In this document: positions 33,377-42,600 of the stretch, in pieces
Position numbering within the stretch: the first letter of the stretch is position 1
Layout of the letters: the number at the start of each line of letters is the position of its first letter
DNA from: a virus
Virus record (IMG/VR): IMGVR_UViG_3300048911_000054
Direction: 5' to 3' (one strand)
DNA: 43,120 bases
Notes under the pieces: generated by a model
Database searches by the model: none
What the model was told of the DNA's origin: nothing
Seen by the model: the letters and a program-made list of their open reading frames with translations, nothing else
Position numbers and translations under genes: made by a program

Positions 33377-33876
33377 GAATCGACGAGAAAGAACTGGCGC
33401 GATCCATGGAAGATAACCCCGTGCAGACCGTGGCCATGGTGGCCGTGCAGGCGATTGGTGAGCTGTCTGGTGTGCTGGACAAGGCCGGCGCGCACGACGA
33501 AGCCACAGAGGCGCTGGTGATCGGCCTGTGCGCCTGGCTGACGAGCGTGCTGGACGGAAAAGATCCGTCGCCAGGACAAGCCCTGGTCGATGCCGCAGCG
33601 ACAATTGACCGGTCCGTCTTGCAGGAAGTGAGTCGCTGCCAGCACTTCGTTGCCGACCTGAACGAGCGCACACGCAAAGCGGAAAGCGAAGCGCTGGTTA
33701 GCAAGCAATATGCAGGCTGGTACTTGCGGTTGCGGGATGAGTCAGGAGATATAAACGCGTTCGTAAAACGCTGGGGCGCATCAGATCAAGAGCGTGTATT
33801 TGGCGAAGAGCTGGATGCGCATATGGAAGACCTTGACGAGCCAGACCCAGGCAACGACATCGACAAGCCAGAATGA
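33373..33876 (+). CDS. Last early-right gene, hypothetical acidic protein, 167 aa (positional candidate for a late regulator)
   Basis: ATGA overlap upstream, followed by a bidirectional terminator. No recognised motif. Confidence 0.55.
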   Translation: MRIDEKELARSMEDNPVQTVAMVAVQAIGELSGVLDKAGAHDEATEALVIGLCAWLTSVLDGKDPSPGQALVDAAATIDRSVLQEVSRCQHFVADLNERTRKAESEALVSKQYAGWYLRLRDESGDINAFVKRWGASDQERVFGEELDAHMEDLDEPDPGNDIDKPE

Positions 33877-33878
33877 AG

Positions 33879-33901
33879 AAGGGCGCCGCAATGGCGCCCT
33901 T
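33879..33901. terminator. Bidirectional terminator hairpin at the convergence of the early-right and late transcription blocks
   Basis: AAGGGCGCC-gcaat-GGCGCCCTT, 9-bp perfect stem. Confidence 0.65.
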
Positions 33902-33908
33902 CCTGTTT

Positions 33909-34892
33909 CTACAGCAACGTCTCTTGCTGCGTCGTGTTGATGGTTGCCGACGCGGTACCAGTGATAGATCCAGAACGGATGCGGACGTACTTGCCGGCCG
34001 GGATGTACCGGCATAGAGCCCAGTTGTTGCCCTGCACCTGGTTCAAAACTACCGCCAGCGTGATCGTGTTGGTATAGGTCTGCTGGGCTTTGATCGTCCA
34101 GTCTCCAGCCGTGGTGCTATTCGTATCAGCCGTCTCCAAGAACACGCTGGCGGATGATGGGCCGCCGATTGTGGACGTGGTTGAGAACGACCCCTCGTAG
34201 CAGACCTTTGACACCCGGGTCGCGCTAACCTGGAATCCCGTAGCGGTGGTAGTAGTCACCAGCGCGCGACCAGGGGAATCGTTAATGCTGATCGCTTGGA
34301 CCGTCGGCAGTGTTGCCAGCGCACCATCACCCCTGACGTATTGCGCCGCGGTTCCAGCCGGAGTGTTGAACTTCGTGGCCAGCCCCGCAGTGACAGATGC
34401 CGTGGTCGCGTATGAGGCCAGCGTAGACGTTGTGACGCCATCAGTAACCCCATATCCGCCGAGAGTCGTTGGCGTGGCCGTGATGGTGCTCCAGGCTTGC
34501 GTGTGAGACGCGGGAGCGAACGTCGAAGGAATACCCGTCAGAGATCCATAGGCGCCGTTGAACAGAGCAGGCTGACCAGTCAGGTCAGCATAAGCACCAG
34601 TCGTAGCGACCGTGGAAAAGGTCGGCTTGCCGGTGATCGACGCCCAAGCCTGCGGCAATGCCACAAGTGAGCCAGATGAGATGCCAAGACCGCCACCGAC
34701 CAGCCAATGCACCGGAAGGTTGGTGGATCCGTTGTAACCCATGACGGCATTGGCGCCGCCGGCTGGTGCGGTAACAAGGCGCGCGGGAGCAAGGCCAGTG
34801 TCTGTTGCATTGCGCTGAGTCGCGACAATGTCATTTGGTCCGCCAAATGCCAGGGAAGGCAAAAGAATGAGTAATGCGAATAAGCGCTTCAC
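33909..34892 (-). CDS. Tail-fibre-repeat protein with N-terminal signal-peptide-like segment, 327 aa
   Basis: GTG 34892 in a GTGA overlap, SD GAGGG. MKRLFALLILLPSLAFG. Repeats WASITGKPTF / YADLTGQPALF / YGSLTGIPSTF / WSTITATPTTLGGYGVTD. YVRGDG motif, then a beta-rich C-domain. Confidence 0.65.
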   Translation of the reverse strand: MKRLFALLILLPSLAFGGPNDIVATQRNATDTGLAPARLVTAPAGGANAVMGYNGSTNLPVHWLVGGGLGISSGSLVALPQAWASITGKPTFSTVATTGAYADLTGQPALFNGAYGSLTGIPSTFAPASHTQAWSTITATPTTLGGYGVTDGVTTSTLASYATTASVTAGLATKFNTPAGTAAQYVRGDGALATLPTVQAISINDSPGRALVTTTTATGFQVSATRVSKVCYEGSFSTTSTIGGPSSASVFLETADTNSTTAGDWTIKAQQTYTNTITLAVVLNQVQGNNWALCRYIPAGKYVRIRSGSITGTASATINTTQQETLL

Positions 34893-35290
34893 GATGTAAC
34901 CCTCGACCAAATTGTGGGCTGATTGCGGTAGTAGACGTAGTTGTCGCCGGGCGAGAACATCACGTCGGCGTTGTTGACTTGGTTGCTTCCCGCGCTGAAT
35001 GAAACCTGTGCCACCTGACCATCGCTGTTCACGAATACCCGCTGACCCACAACCCCGTCAGCGTTCCCGGGAAGAATCACGTTGACCTGGTTAAGCGACG
35101 CCCCACCAGTCAGCAGATTGAGCGTGATGCTCTGATTGGTTGCCGGTAGCGTGATGGTTTGGCCCTCGTTCACAGACTGGTTCAACACCATCTGAGCCAT
35201 TGCAGAATCCATAGCGTCATCGACCATCGCCTGCACGTCCGTTGGATCAACAAAGCCATTCTGCAAAATCCCTTCATCATGTCTTTTCAT
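34889..35290 (-). CDS. Hypothetical beta-rich protein, 133 aa
   Basis: ORF coupled to the downstream fibre-like gene. Confidence 0.55.
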   Translation of the reverse strand: MKRHDEGILQNGFVDPTDVQAMVDDAMDSAMAQMVLNQSVNEGQTITLPATNQSITLNLLTGGASLNQVNVILPGNADGVVGQRVFVNSDGQVAQVSFSAGSNQVNNADVMFSPGDNYVYYRNQPTIWSRVTS

Positions 35291-35300
35291 GGCTCAGTCC

Positions 35301-35591
35301 TCAGAGCGCAAAGTGAAGTGTGGCTGTTCCGCCTGATACCGCGGTAAGACGGGCGCGCATCAGAGGCCAGTTGGTTTCGAGTGGCCCGCCATCAGTTGCG
35401 TAGGCCGTTCCGCTGGCCTCCAGCGTGGCGATGGTGATCCACCCTTGGCCGTCATGACCCCCTTCAATGATCGCTTCCGCGGAGACCGCCGCAGGGCCTT
35501 GCACAGAGAGCTGAAAAGACGGCTTACTCGCGCCGTTCATGTTCAGAATGAAAGATGTGGTTGGGGTTGCAGAGCTGAAGAACTGCGGCAT
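35301..35591 (-). CDS. Hypothetical beta-rich protein, 96 aa
   Basis: SD AAGGAG; first gene after the post-lysis terminator. Confidence 0.55.
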   Translation of the reverse strand: MPQFFSSATPTTSFILNMNGASKPSFQLSVQGPAAVSAEAIIEGGHDGQGWITIATLEASGTAYATDGGPLETNWPLMRARLTAVSGGTATLHFAL

Positions 35592-35606
35592 GTGAATCTC
35601 CTTGAT

Positions 35607-35631
35607 AAAAAACCCGGTCTATTTGGCCGGG
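35607..35631 (-). terminator. Modest intrinsic terminator overlapping the o-spanin stop
   Basis: Minus-sense CCCGG-(8-nt loop)-CCGGG followed by U6. Confidence 0.5.
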
Positions 35632-35822
35632 CAGTGGCTCTTGTAGAGCCGGTTGTGCGCGGCAAGCTGCACCGCGAGTCCGTCAGCCATCGCATCGCGA
35701 TCGGCCTTGTTCGTGTAGATCGGCTTCACCCAAGCACAGCCCGTATCAATCGGGACGGGAGAACTCCGACAGCTCGCGATCAATATCAGCGCGGGGAGTA
35801 GCAGCAACTTTCTGGTCAACAT
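35619..35822 (-). CDS. o-spanin (Rz1-like lipoprotein), 67 aa
   Basis: Lipobox LILIASC. Overlaps the i-spanin gene in another frame. Confidence 0.7.
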   Translation of the reverse strand: MLTRKLLLLPALILIASCRSSPVPIDTGCAWVKPIYTNKADRDAMADGLAVQLAAHNRLYKSHCPAK

Positions 35823-36000
35823 CGGATCGCTCCTGGACGGCTTTTACCGTCGCCTGGGCCTGGGTTATTTGCTGCTCCTGGTTGGCTTGCTCGGCACCTT
35901 CCTTGCGACCGGTTGACTTGCCCATCTTGTTGCCAGCGATACCACCCAACAGGGCAGCAACAGCGGCGATCACCAGGGCAATTATGGCGCCTAAACTCAT
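35746..36000 (-). CDS. i-spanin (Rz-like), 84 aa
   Basis: N-terminal TM LGAIIALVIAAVAALLGGIAG, then a charged coiled-coil region. Confidence 0.7.
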   Translation of the reverse strand: MSLGAIIALVIAAVAALLGGIAGNKMGKSTGRKEGAEQANQEQQITQAQATVKAVQERSDVDQKVAATPRADIDRELSEFSRPD

Positions 36001-36003
36001 GGC

Positions 36004-36483
36004 TCAATCCTCGATCAGGTTGGTGGCAATACGTGAGGCCCAGCCGCGCCCGAAGGAGGGCCAGGTTTTCAACTCACTCATGAAGCGTAGGCGGTATCCG
36101 TTCAAGCGCTTATCCAGCAGTTGAGGATCCATGGCCTTGATGGCACGCATTGTCAGTGGGCCCAGCCGACCGTCATCAGTTGAGCCAGTGGCGCGCTGCA
36201 GAAACCTGATGGCTTGGCCTGGACCCGAGTTAACCGAGGCGTCAAACACATCGAAGCGCACAACATCAGGAAGCTCATCGGCACGTACGGTATCCCAGTA
36301 CGAAGCTCGATAGATCGACTTGGCCACCGCCAGGGGTAGGTCTCGCATGGCGCCGGAGTATCCATTGGCCCGCGCAACCCGTGCAGTGACCCCGAACATG
36401 GTTTCACCGCCAGGGTCATCAGGATGGTTTGAGTAGCCTCCCTCATGCCCAATCAACTTTTCGAAAGCCTGGTCAAAATTCAT
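36004..36483 (-). CDS. Endolysin, GH108 lysozyme plus PG_binding_3 domain, 159 aa
   Basis: MNFDQAFEKLIGHEGGYSNHPDDPGGETMFGVT (GH108 signature). Start at ATG 36483 in an ATGA overlap with the holin stop. Confidence 0.85.
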   Translation of the reverse strand: MNFDQAFEKLIGHEGGYSNHPDDPGGETMFGVTARVARANGYSGAMRDLPLAVAKSIYRASYWDTVRADELPDVVRFDVFDASVNSGPGQAIRFLQRATGSTDDGRLGPLTMRAIKAMDPQLLDKRLNGYRLRFMSELKTWPSFGRGWASRIATNLIED

Positions 36484-36695
36484 GGCTTTCTCCCAGACAC
36501 AGAGTTTTGGTGGATGTTGGTGGCGATGACGATCACGAAACCGAGCACCCCAACAATCCACTTGTACTGACCCAGAGGGATCAGCTCCTGAAGACTTGGA
36601 AGGGCATCGCGGAGAACCGTCATCGCAGGAAGAGCAAGAGCCAGCCATGTGCTGTATCTGCGCCACCAGCGGCGCCATTGGGGGATAGGTTTCAT
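36480..36695 (-). CDS. Putative holin, two TM segments, 71 aa
   Basis: Start at ATG 36695 with SD GGGAGA. WLALALPAMTVL and WIVGVLGFVIVIATNI. Immediately upstream of the endolysin. Confidence 0.65.
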   Translation of the reverse strand: MKPIPQWRRWWRRYSTWLALALPAMTVLRDALPSLQELIPLGQYKWIVGVLGFVIVIATNIHQNSVSGRKP

Positions 36696-36716
36696 ATATT
36701 TCTCCCGGTAAGAAGG

Positions 36717-36747
36717 CCAGCATCTTTGAAATAACCGAAGATGCTGG
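36717..36747 (-). promoter_or_regulatory. Perfect 10-bp-stem hairpin between the tailspike and holin genes
   Basis: CCAGCATCTT-(11 nt)-AAGATGCTGG. Confidence 0.6.
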
Positions 36748-36759
36748 CCCTGCATGAGG

Positions 36760-39663
36760 TTATGTAAGGATTACACCGCTGATCAGCAAAGTGTTACCTG
36801 CGGCGGCGGGGAACGTGCCGGTGTTAGAATAAATACGCAACTGCGTTCCTGTCGCATAACCGGTCAACCCGGCTCCAGTAGTCTGATTGTTGCCTCCAAC
36901 TGAGCAGTTAACTGCCGCGGTAAATGGAAGGCTCAGCGTCAAATAACCAGACCAATCACCTACCGTGTTAACGGTAACGCTTGCATTGAATGCATACCTA
37001 TTTTTGTCACGGGTCCAATTAAGGGAGACTGCCGACGAAGTACCGGTTCCAGTACCAGGGCCACCAGAACCTCCTACAGATGGAGTCGAAGATCCGATAT
37101 CAACGCCCGCACCGTCATACAAGGCAGAGCCGTTACCATTCGGGCTATTAAGTCTTTGAACACCAGTAAACCCGGCTGGGTAATAGCAATTTCTCAGCGT
37201 GATTGATGATTCAACCGAGGTAGCTGGAACGTTCACATCACCACTGGCGTTGTTATTGATTGCGGTGCCGGACGCCATGAACTTGCTGCCGCTGCCTATG
37301 GTCAGTCCGAAACCAGCAGAGGTACCTGAAACCCAGCATCCATCTGCATGGATCAATCCCTGGTCGCCAATTTCTATACCTGCTCTCACGTTTGCGCCAA
37401 TAGCCATTCGGTCAATACGAGCGCCGCCACCATCAGAATAGACACCAGACAAGGAAGAAAGAAGGCTTACTGAATCGGTCAGGTGCACCTTGCCGCTATC
37501 CAGAATGCGGTAGTTCATGCCGCCGCAGGCAACTGCCATCGGCGCCTCACCATAAACTACAGACCCTGTATCGGTGCGCAGTCCGTCGTTACCGGAACCA
37601 GCCAAACGAATCTCCGTGACCACAGCCGTGCCACCGGCATTTACCAACAAGGCTATGCCACTACCGCCTGTGATTTGGGCTCGGCGAAGATTCGCGATAC
37701 CGCCTTCAAGAACCCAAACACTGTTTTCAAGGTTATTGGTAGATGCGAATTTCCGTGCGTTCAAAAGGCAGCCATGACCGATCATCGCCGCGCGAAGAAA
37801 CCGGGTTGCCCCGACGTTTTGGCCAAACAGAACCGTGCCGCGCAAGCCGTTCTGAGTAACATCTCCAAACGATGTTCCTCCGCTGGACGTCTCGCTAGGA
37901 ATCCGATCCTGAAGCAGAAATCCGATCCCCGTTCCGGATCCAGGCCCTACAACAACCAAATTGTTGACCTCGCGTAGAGATCCGTTCTGATCGAAAACAA
38001 ACCCGTCGTCGCCAACAGCGGTGCCATTCTGCTTCAGCACAGTTTTGATGATTCTGAATTCATCAACCGACACGCCATTGATAGGAGGTTTTACGGTGCT
38101 GCGGTTTCGCACGGCGATGGTACCAGCGCCTACGGCGGTAATCTCATGCACGCCTTCATGCAGGCAGGCGGCCGACTGCAGGATGCTGTAAGAGGTGCCA
38201 GCGGCAAGTGTCACTGGTGCAGCCAAGGTCAAAGAGGTGCCGCTAACCACGGTCAATATCTTTGTCATCACACCATCAGCGAGAAGCACGTCGCCTGGGT
38301 TTGCCTCGGTAGTGAATGCGGTACCAACGCCAGTGACAGTTGCATTTGGAGCGCCCGCGGTGCCAATCGTGCCGGCGTTCGGGCGAGTGATGTAGAACGA
38401 TCGAGATCCGGAGTTGCCGCCATTAGTCCATGCGCCAACGATGGAAGCGCTGGTACCGCCGATAACGTTCAGAACCCGAGTCTGACCTTTGTCCGTGATT
38501 AGGTCGCCACTGTGCATATAGTCCGAAAGTGAACCACTGACAGCACTGAAGGCTACGCTGCCGCCGCCGCCTGCATAGGTCAAGCTTCCAACACTTTGCA
38601 ACAGGGGCGTGTACAGCTCTCCCTTAAGTGGGTAGCTGCGCAGGATGTAGCTCGCCGCATTATCACCGTTCAGGATTGGGAGTGGCCCAACATCGAATAG
38701 CTTGGCGTAGTCACCAACCACCGCACCCGAAGTGCTTGCCACGTTGTATGTGATAGTCCAGTCGCCGGCAACGCCAGTGATTGACGCAACAGACGAGGCC
38801 GTTGTTTCCAGAGGGGTAGGGCCAAGCAACTTGATCAGGGAATTTCTAACCCCAACACGACAAATAGGACCAGCGGCAGTGGCATGAACGCTGGCGCCAA
38901 GATTGATATTCAGCGGCCCTTCAACGCTCACCCGATTGAGGAACGGCAATACGTATGGAGAATCCGCCGAAGAAAGTGACACGTCAGTAACGGTCGCTGG
39001 CACATGAACCATCGCGCCGGAAGCCAAGGCTGCGCGGAGCGTTGCGTAGTCAGACAGACTCACGGTTTCGAGCAGCTTTGCCGAAACGGTAGTAAAAATA
39101 TTCCCAGGCGTCACATGAATTACGTTAACAGAGTTATTGATGGGCCCCTGCCCGGTCGACAGAATTGAGGCCACATAATCAGTTGCCCATTTTCGAGTTG
39201 CGGCATCTTGAGGAAGTAAAGGGTCTCCAACATTGATGATCCTGCTTCCTTTGGCGTCCCATGTAGCCCCGCCAGGAGAAAGCTGTAGTGAATTATTAGC
39301 AACTCCAGAAACCTGCTGAATCAGCATGACGATCCTATCAAAGGCATCTTCATGAATTGCTGGGAAAAATGCACCCTGGTTTCTGATTGATGTCGGCTGC
39401 ACGAGAGGAAGAATACGACTGACCAAGACGTTCTTAACACCGGCAGGCGGAGATACTGAAAAAATTACTTGTCCTCCACCGGGCGCCATAGCCCCTGATA
39501 ACGTGTAGTCAACATTTAAAGTCTGGCCGACTATGCTTCCATCGCTGCCAATCAGGTAAACAAAAATATTTGAGTTATCAAAGAACCTGAAATTGAACGG
39601 GAAATTTTTGTTAGAGCCATCGCCATCGAAATACTGACGATCGAGAGTTGTGGTTACGGTCAT
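36760..39663 (-). CDS. Tailspike / tail fibre with conserved podovirus N-terminal adaptor domain and beta-helix-like body, 967 aa
   Basis: N-terminus DRQYFDGDGSNKNFPFNFRFFDNSNIFVYLIGSDG...VDYTL. Long Gly/Asn/Ser/Thr/Val-rich repetitive body. T7 gp17 position. Confidence 0.75.
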   Translation of the reverse strand: MTVTTTLDRQYFDGDGSNKNFPFNFRFFDNSNIFVYLIGSDGSIVGQTLNVDYTLSGAMAPGGGQVIFSVSPPAGVKNVLVSRILPLVQPTSIRNQGAFFPAIHEDAFDRIVMLIQQVSGVANNSLQLSPGGATWDAKGSRIINVGDPLLPQDAATRKWATDYVASILSTGQGPINNSVNVIHVTPGNIFTTVSAKLLETVSLSDYATLRAALASGAMVHVPATVTDVSLSSADSPYVLPFLNRVSVEGPLNINLGASVHATAAGPICRVGVRNSLIKLLGPTPLETTASSVASITGVAGDWTITYNVASTSGAVVGDYAKLFDVGPLPILNGDNAASYILRSYPLKGELYTPLLQSVGSLTYAGGGGSVAFSAVSGSLSDYMHSGDLITDKGQTRVLNVIGGTSASIVGAWTNGGNSGSRSFYITRPNAGTIGTAGAPNATVTGVGTAFTTEANPGDVLLADGVMTKILTVVSGTSLTLAAPVTLAAGTSYSILQSAACLHEGVHEITAVGAGTIAVRNRSTVKPPINGVSVDEFRIIKTVLKQNGTAVGDDGFVFDQNGSLREVNNLVVVGPGSGTGIGFLLQDRIPSETSSGGTSFGDVTQNGLRGTVLFGQNVGATRFLRAAMIGHGCLLNARKFASTNNLENSVWVLEGGIANLRRAQITGGSGIALLVNAGGTAVVTEIRLAGSGNDGLRTDTGSVVYGEAPMAVACGGMNYRILDSGKVHLTDSVSLLSSLSGVYSDGGGARIDRMAIGANVRAGIEIGDQGLIHADGCWVSGTSAGFGLTIGSGSKFMASGTAINNNASGDVNVPATSVESSITLRNCYYPAGFTGVQRLNSPNGNGSALYDGAGVDIGSSTPSVGGSGGPGTGTGTSSAVSLNWTRDKNRYAFNASVTVNTVGDWSGYLTLSLPFTAAVNCSVGGNNQTTGAGLTGYATGTQLRIYSNTGTFPAAAGNTLLISGVILT

Positions 39664-39674
39664 GCGTATTGCTC

Positions 39675-42600
39675 CTACTTGGGTTCTTTTGGCGGCCCAA
39701 ACATCAGGCCTCGGATGAATTCCAACATATTGTCGTCTTGACGCTCACCACGCTCAACGCTGAATAGGTACTTGATTGTCCGCTTAGGCTGGGCGGTAGG
39801 CAGGCCAAACCCCATGCCGACCACATCCATTGTGGACATCGTTATTTTCTCAGCATCTACATCATCCTGACCTATAGCCGCAGCCAAGCGCGTTGCCGAT
39901 TTAAATACATCGCCGATAGGGGTTGCTCCTGAATAGGCCCACCCGCTTTCCAGGCTGCTCGCCACATCACGAAGCAACGGAACTGCCATCAAAGGATAGG
40001 TTGCCACCTTCAGCGCCGCCCACTTGGCATATGAATCGTCATCCTTTGGGCCTTGACCGGTCATCAAAGGTGCAAGAACAGCCGGCATTGCGATCAGGAA
40101 AATGGTCCTTTCAAATGCGCTCAGATAGTCCTTCACGCCTTGGGCTGTCTTCATGCTATGTACCAGATCGGCCTGGCGGTTATAGAGCAGGTTGAAGTAG
40201 CTGTAGACGATTGTGAGAGCCTTCATAAGTCCATCCTTGCGCTGCACGGCTGCAAGGTCTTTCGGGCCGCCAGACATCTGAGATAAGCGCACGGCGCGGT
40301 CTCCCATTGCCACCGAGGTATCCAACGTTTCGCCGTCGGCCATTCCCTTGTGATACGCGGCAAGCCATGTAGGATAATCAACCATCGACTGGATGATGCT
40401 GATGTGCTTAAAAGCCAGACGTTGAATTACGGCCTTCGGACCGGTACGACCGCTCACGCGCTTCAGAACCTCGCGCATATTGTTGTCCAGGTTGGCGTCA
40501 CGGTTACGCATCTCCCCAGACAGTGACTTCACGAAAGCGATGGTTTTGAATGGCTGGCGTACAAACTCCAGCATGCCCTGCGGCAGATACTTGCGGGCTC
40601 CGAGCTGAGCAAGATGCTCCCAGCTTTGCGAGAAGCCAAGAATCTGCTGAATGCCAGTGGTGGCGCTGAAGCCCATCCAGCCCACGGAAAGGTTGGCGCG
40701 CAAAGTGCTGGATAGGTTGGTCCAAGCATCGATACCTTTCCGGCTGTCCATCACCATGTCATTGGCAACACCCTGTAGCCATGGGTTGAACTGGTTGGCA
40801 ATGTTAACGCCCAGCGTCTCGTTCAGCGCCTGCTTGACCTCCTTGTTGCTGATGATCTTGGCCGCGTCGATGATCGCCTTACGGTGCGTCAAGTCGTGGA
40901 TGACCTGGCCCAAGTGGCTGGCCACAATACTGGTGTCCAACATGATCGGCGCCGCGAAGGAATCAACCCGTGCCTTGGTGTGTCCCTTGGGCGTGGTGGC
41001 CTTGGCATATCCCTGCTCAAACAGGCCGGTGTTGTCGGTAAGGTTGTTGGCAACCTGGGCGTATTCAGGTGAGCTTGTGTCGTACACCAGAGGCCAGTAG
41101 CCGCCGCTGTACTCCCCATATTGAGTGCTGACAGGGGTCGCGACGATCTTGTCTGGCGCAACGCCGTGCAGGTCTTTCTCCAGTTGCTCGATTTGCGGCC
41201 AAAGGCGCTCAACCAGATCCCACTGGCTCTGCGCGAACTCCCAATCATCCTTGTTCATGTTGCGCAGGATCGCGCCCAGCTGGTTTTCGTCCCAGCCGTA
41301 ACCCTTCAGCAGCTTCTCCCGGTTTCCGGCGTTACCGGTGTTCAGGGCGGCGCTGATAATTGCGTTGCGGGTCAGAGACTGGCCGATCTCCGGGATATTG
41401 ATCTGCTCGCGCATTGCCCGCTGGCCGCGCGCATCGATGTACTTGTCGACGTTGGCCATCAGCTGCGTGGTGAACTCTCGGTTCAGATCATCCTTGGCTG
41501 CCTGGGCCTCCACAAACGGTTGCCAGAAAGTGGTGTGCCATGGCCCCTCAATGTCGCCATCGTCCAGCCACTCAACGATTTGTTCCATTTTGAGTAGCGC
41601 TGCAGACATGCTGCTGGCCCAGTCGCCCATGCGTTCCAGTGCTGTCAGCGTGCCTTTATCGATTGGTGGCGCCTTGCGCTTGCCCAGGTTTGCATAAGCC
41701 GCCTTCACCAGCAGATCCTTGGCCTCAGCGAAGTCCTTCAGGCGTTTGTTTGCCAGTAGCTTATTCTTCAGGCCGGCCAGGTGATTCACGTTCTGTACGA
41801 AGTCATTCAACTCGGATAACTGGGCCAGAGACAGATCCTTGTAGTTGACCTTCTGCGAGGTGTTCAGGATGAACTCAGGAACATCCGGCTCATTGCCCTG
41901 CGCCAGCTGGTCGGCGTACCACTGAGCAAACGATACGCGCTTATCCAGATCGCGCAGGCTGACATTGCGGAACTCGTACTGCTCCATGACCGCATCGATC
42001 TGATCCAGGTAGGAGTGCCCGGCCTTGCCCAGCTTCTCCCGGCGCGTCGACTTGTTGAAGTCAGCCATGCGATTTACGATCGAGTCGATTTCGTCGCGGG
42101 CCTTCTTGGCCTCACGCCACAGGTGATAGTTCAGCAACTGTTGCTGCTTTGCCTCATAGGCCGCGGCCAAGTCACCCTTGGCGGCCGCTTCGAAAGCCCG
42201 GCGTCCAGCCTTGCCTTCTGCGCGCTGATACTCGAAAGGCTGGATGTCGCGCACCTTTCGGTTCTGCATGATGCGTTCTGCGGCGGCCTTAAGGACTTGC
42301 TGGCTAGTGATGTTCTTGCGGTTACCCTGCTTGCCCAGTGCATTCAGCTCCTTGAGCAGAACTGCGCCGCGCTTCTCGTTGTGCACAGCGGCCATGGCTT
42401 TCTCAGTCGAGGCGCCATCAGCGCGCGCGCCGTGGCGCTCCATCATGCGGGCCTGGGTCTCTGCAAGGATGGCTTCGCCGCGCGGAGGTGCACCAAGGAT
42501 GGCCTTGATCATCTCGTCGCCGGATTTGAAGCCCAGGATCTGAGCGGAGATGTCCATCGGGATACCGTCTTTGCCATGCATGAACGCCAGCTTGCGCAAT

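Noticed and set aside
33909-34060. Possible diversity-generating retroelement (variable repeat at the 3' end of the fibre-like gene), given the BPP-1-like head genes
   Set aside because: No reverse transcriptase ORF anywhere in the genome, and I found no template-repeat copy of the 3' end of this gene.
36484-36723. 80-codon N-terminal extension of the endolysin ORF (track start 36723)
   Set aside because: The extension overlaps the holin gene out of frame and reads as Cys/Arg/His-rich noise. ATG 36483 gives the canonical GH108 N-terminus and an ATGA overlap with the holin stop.
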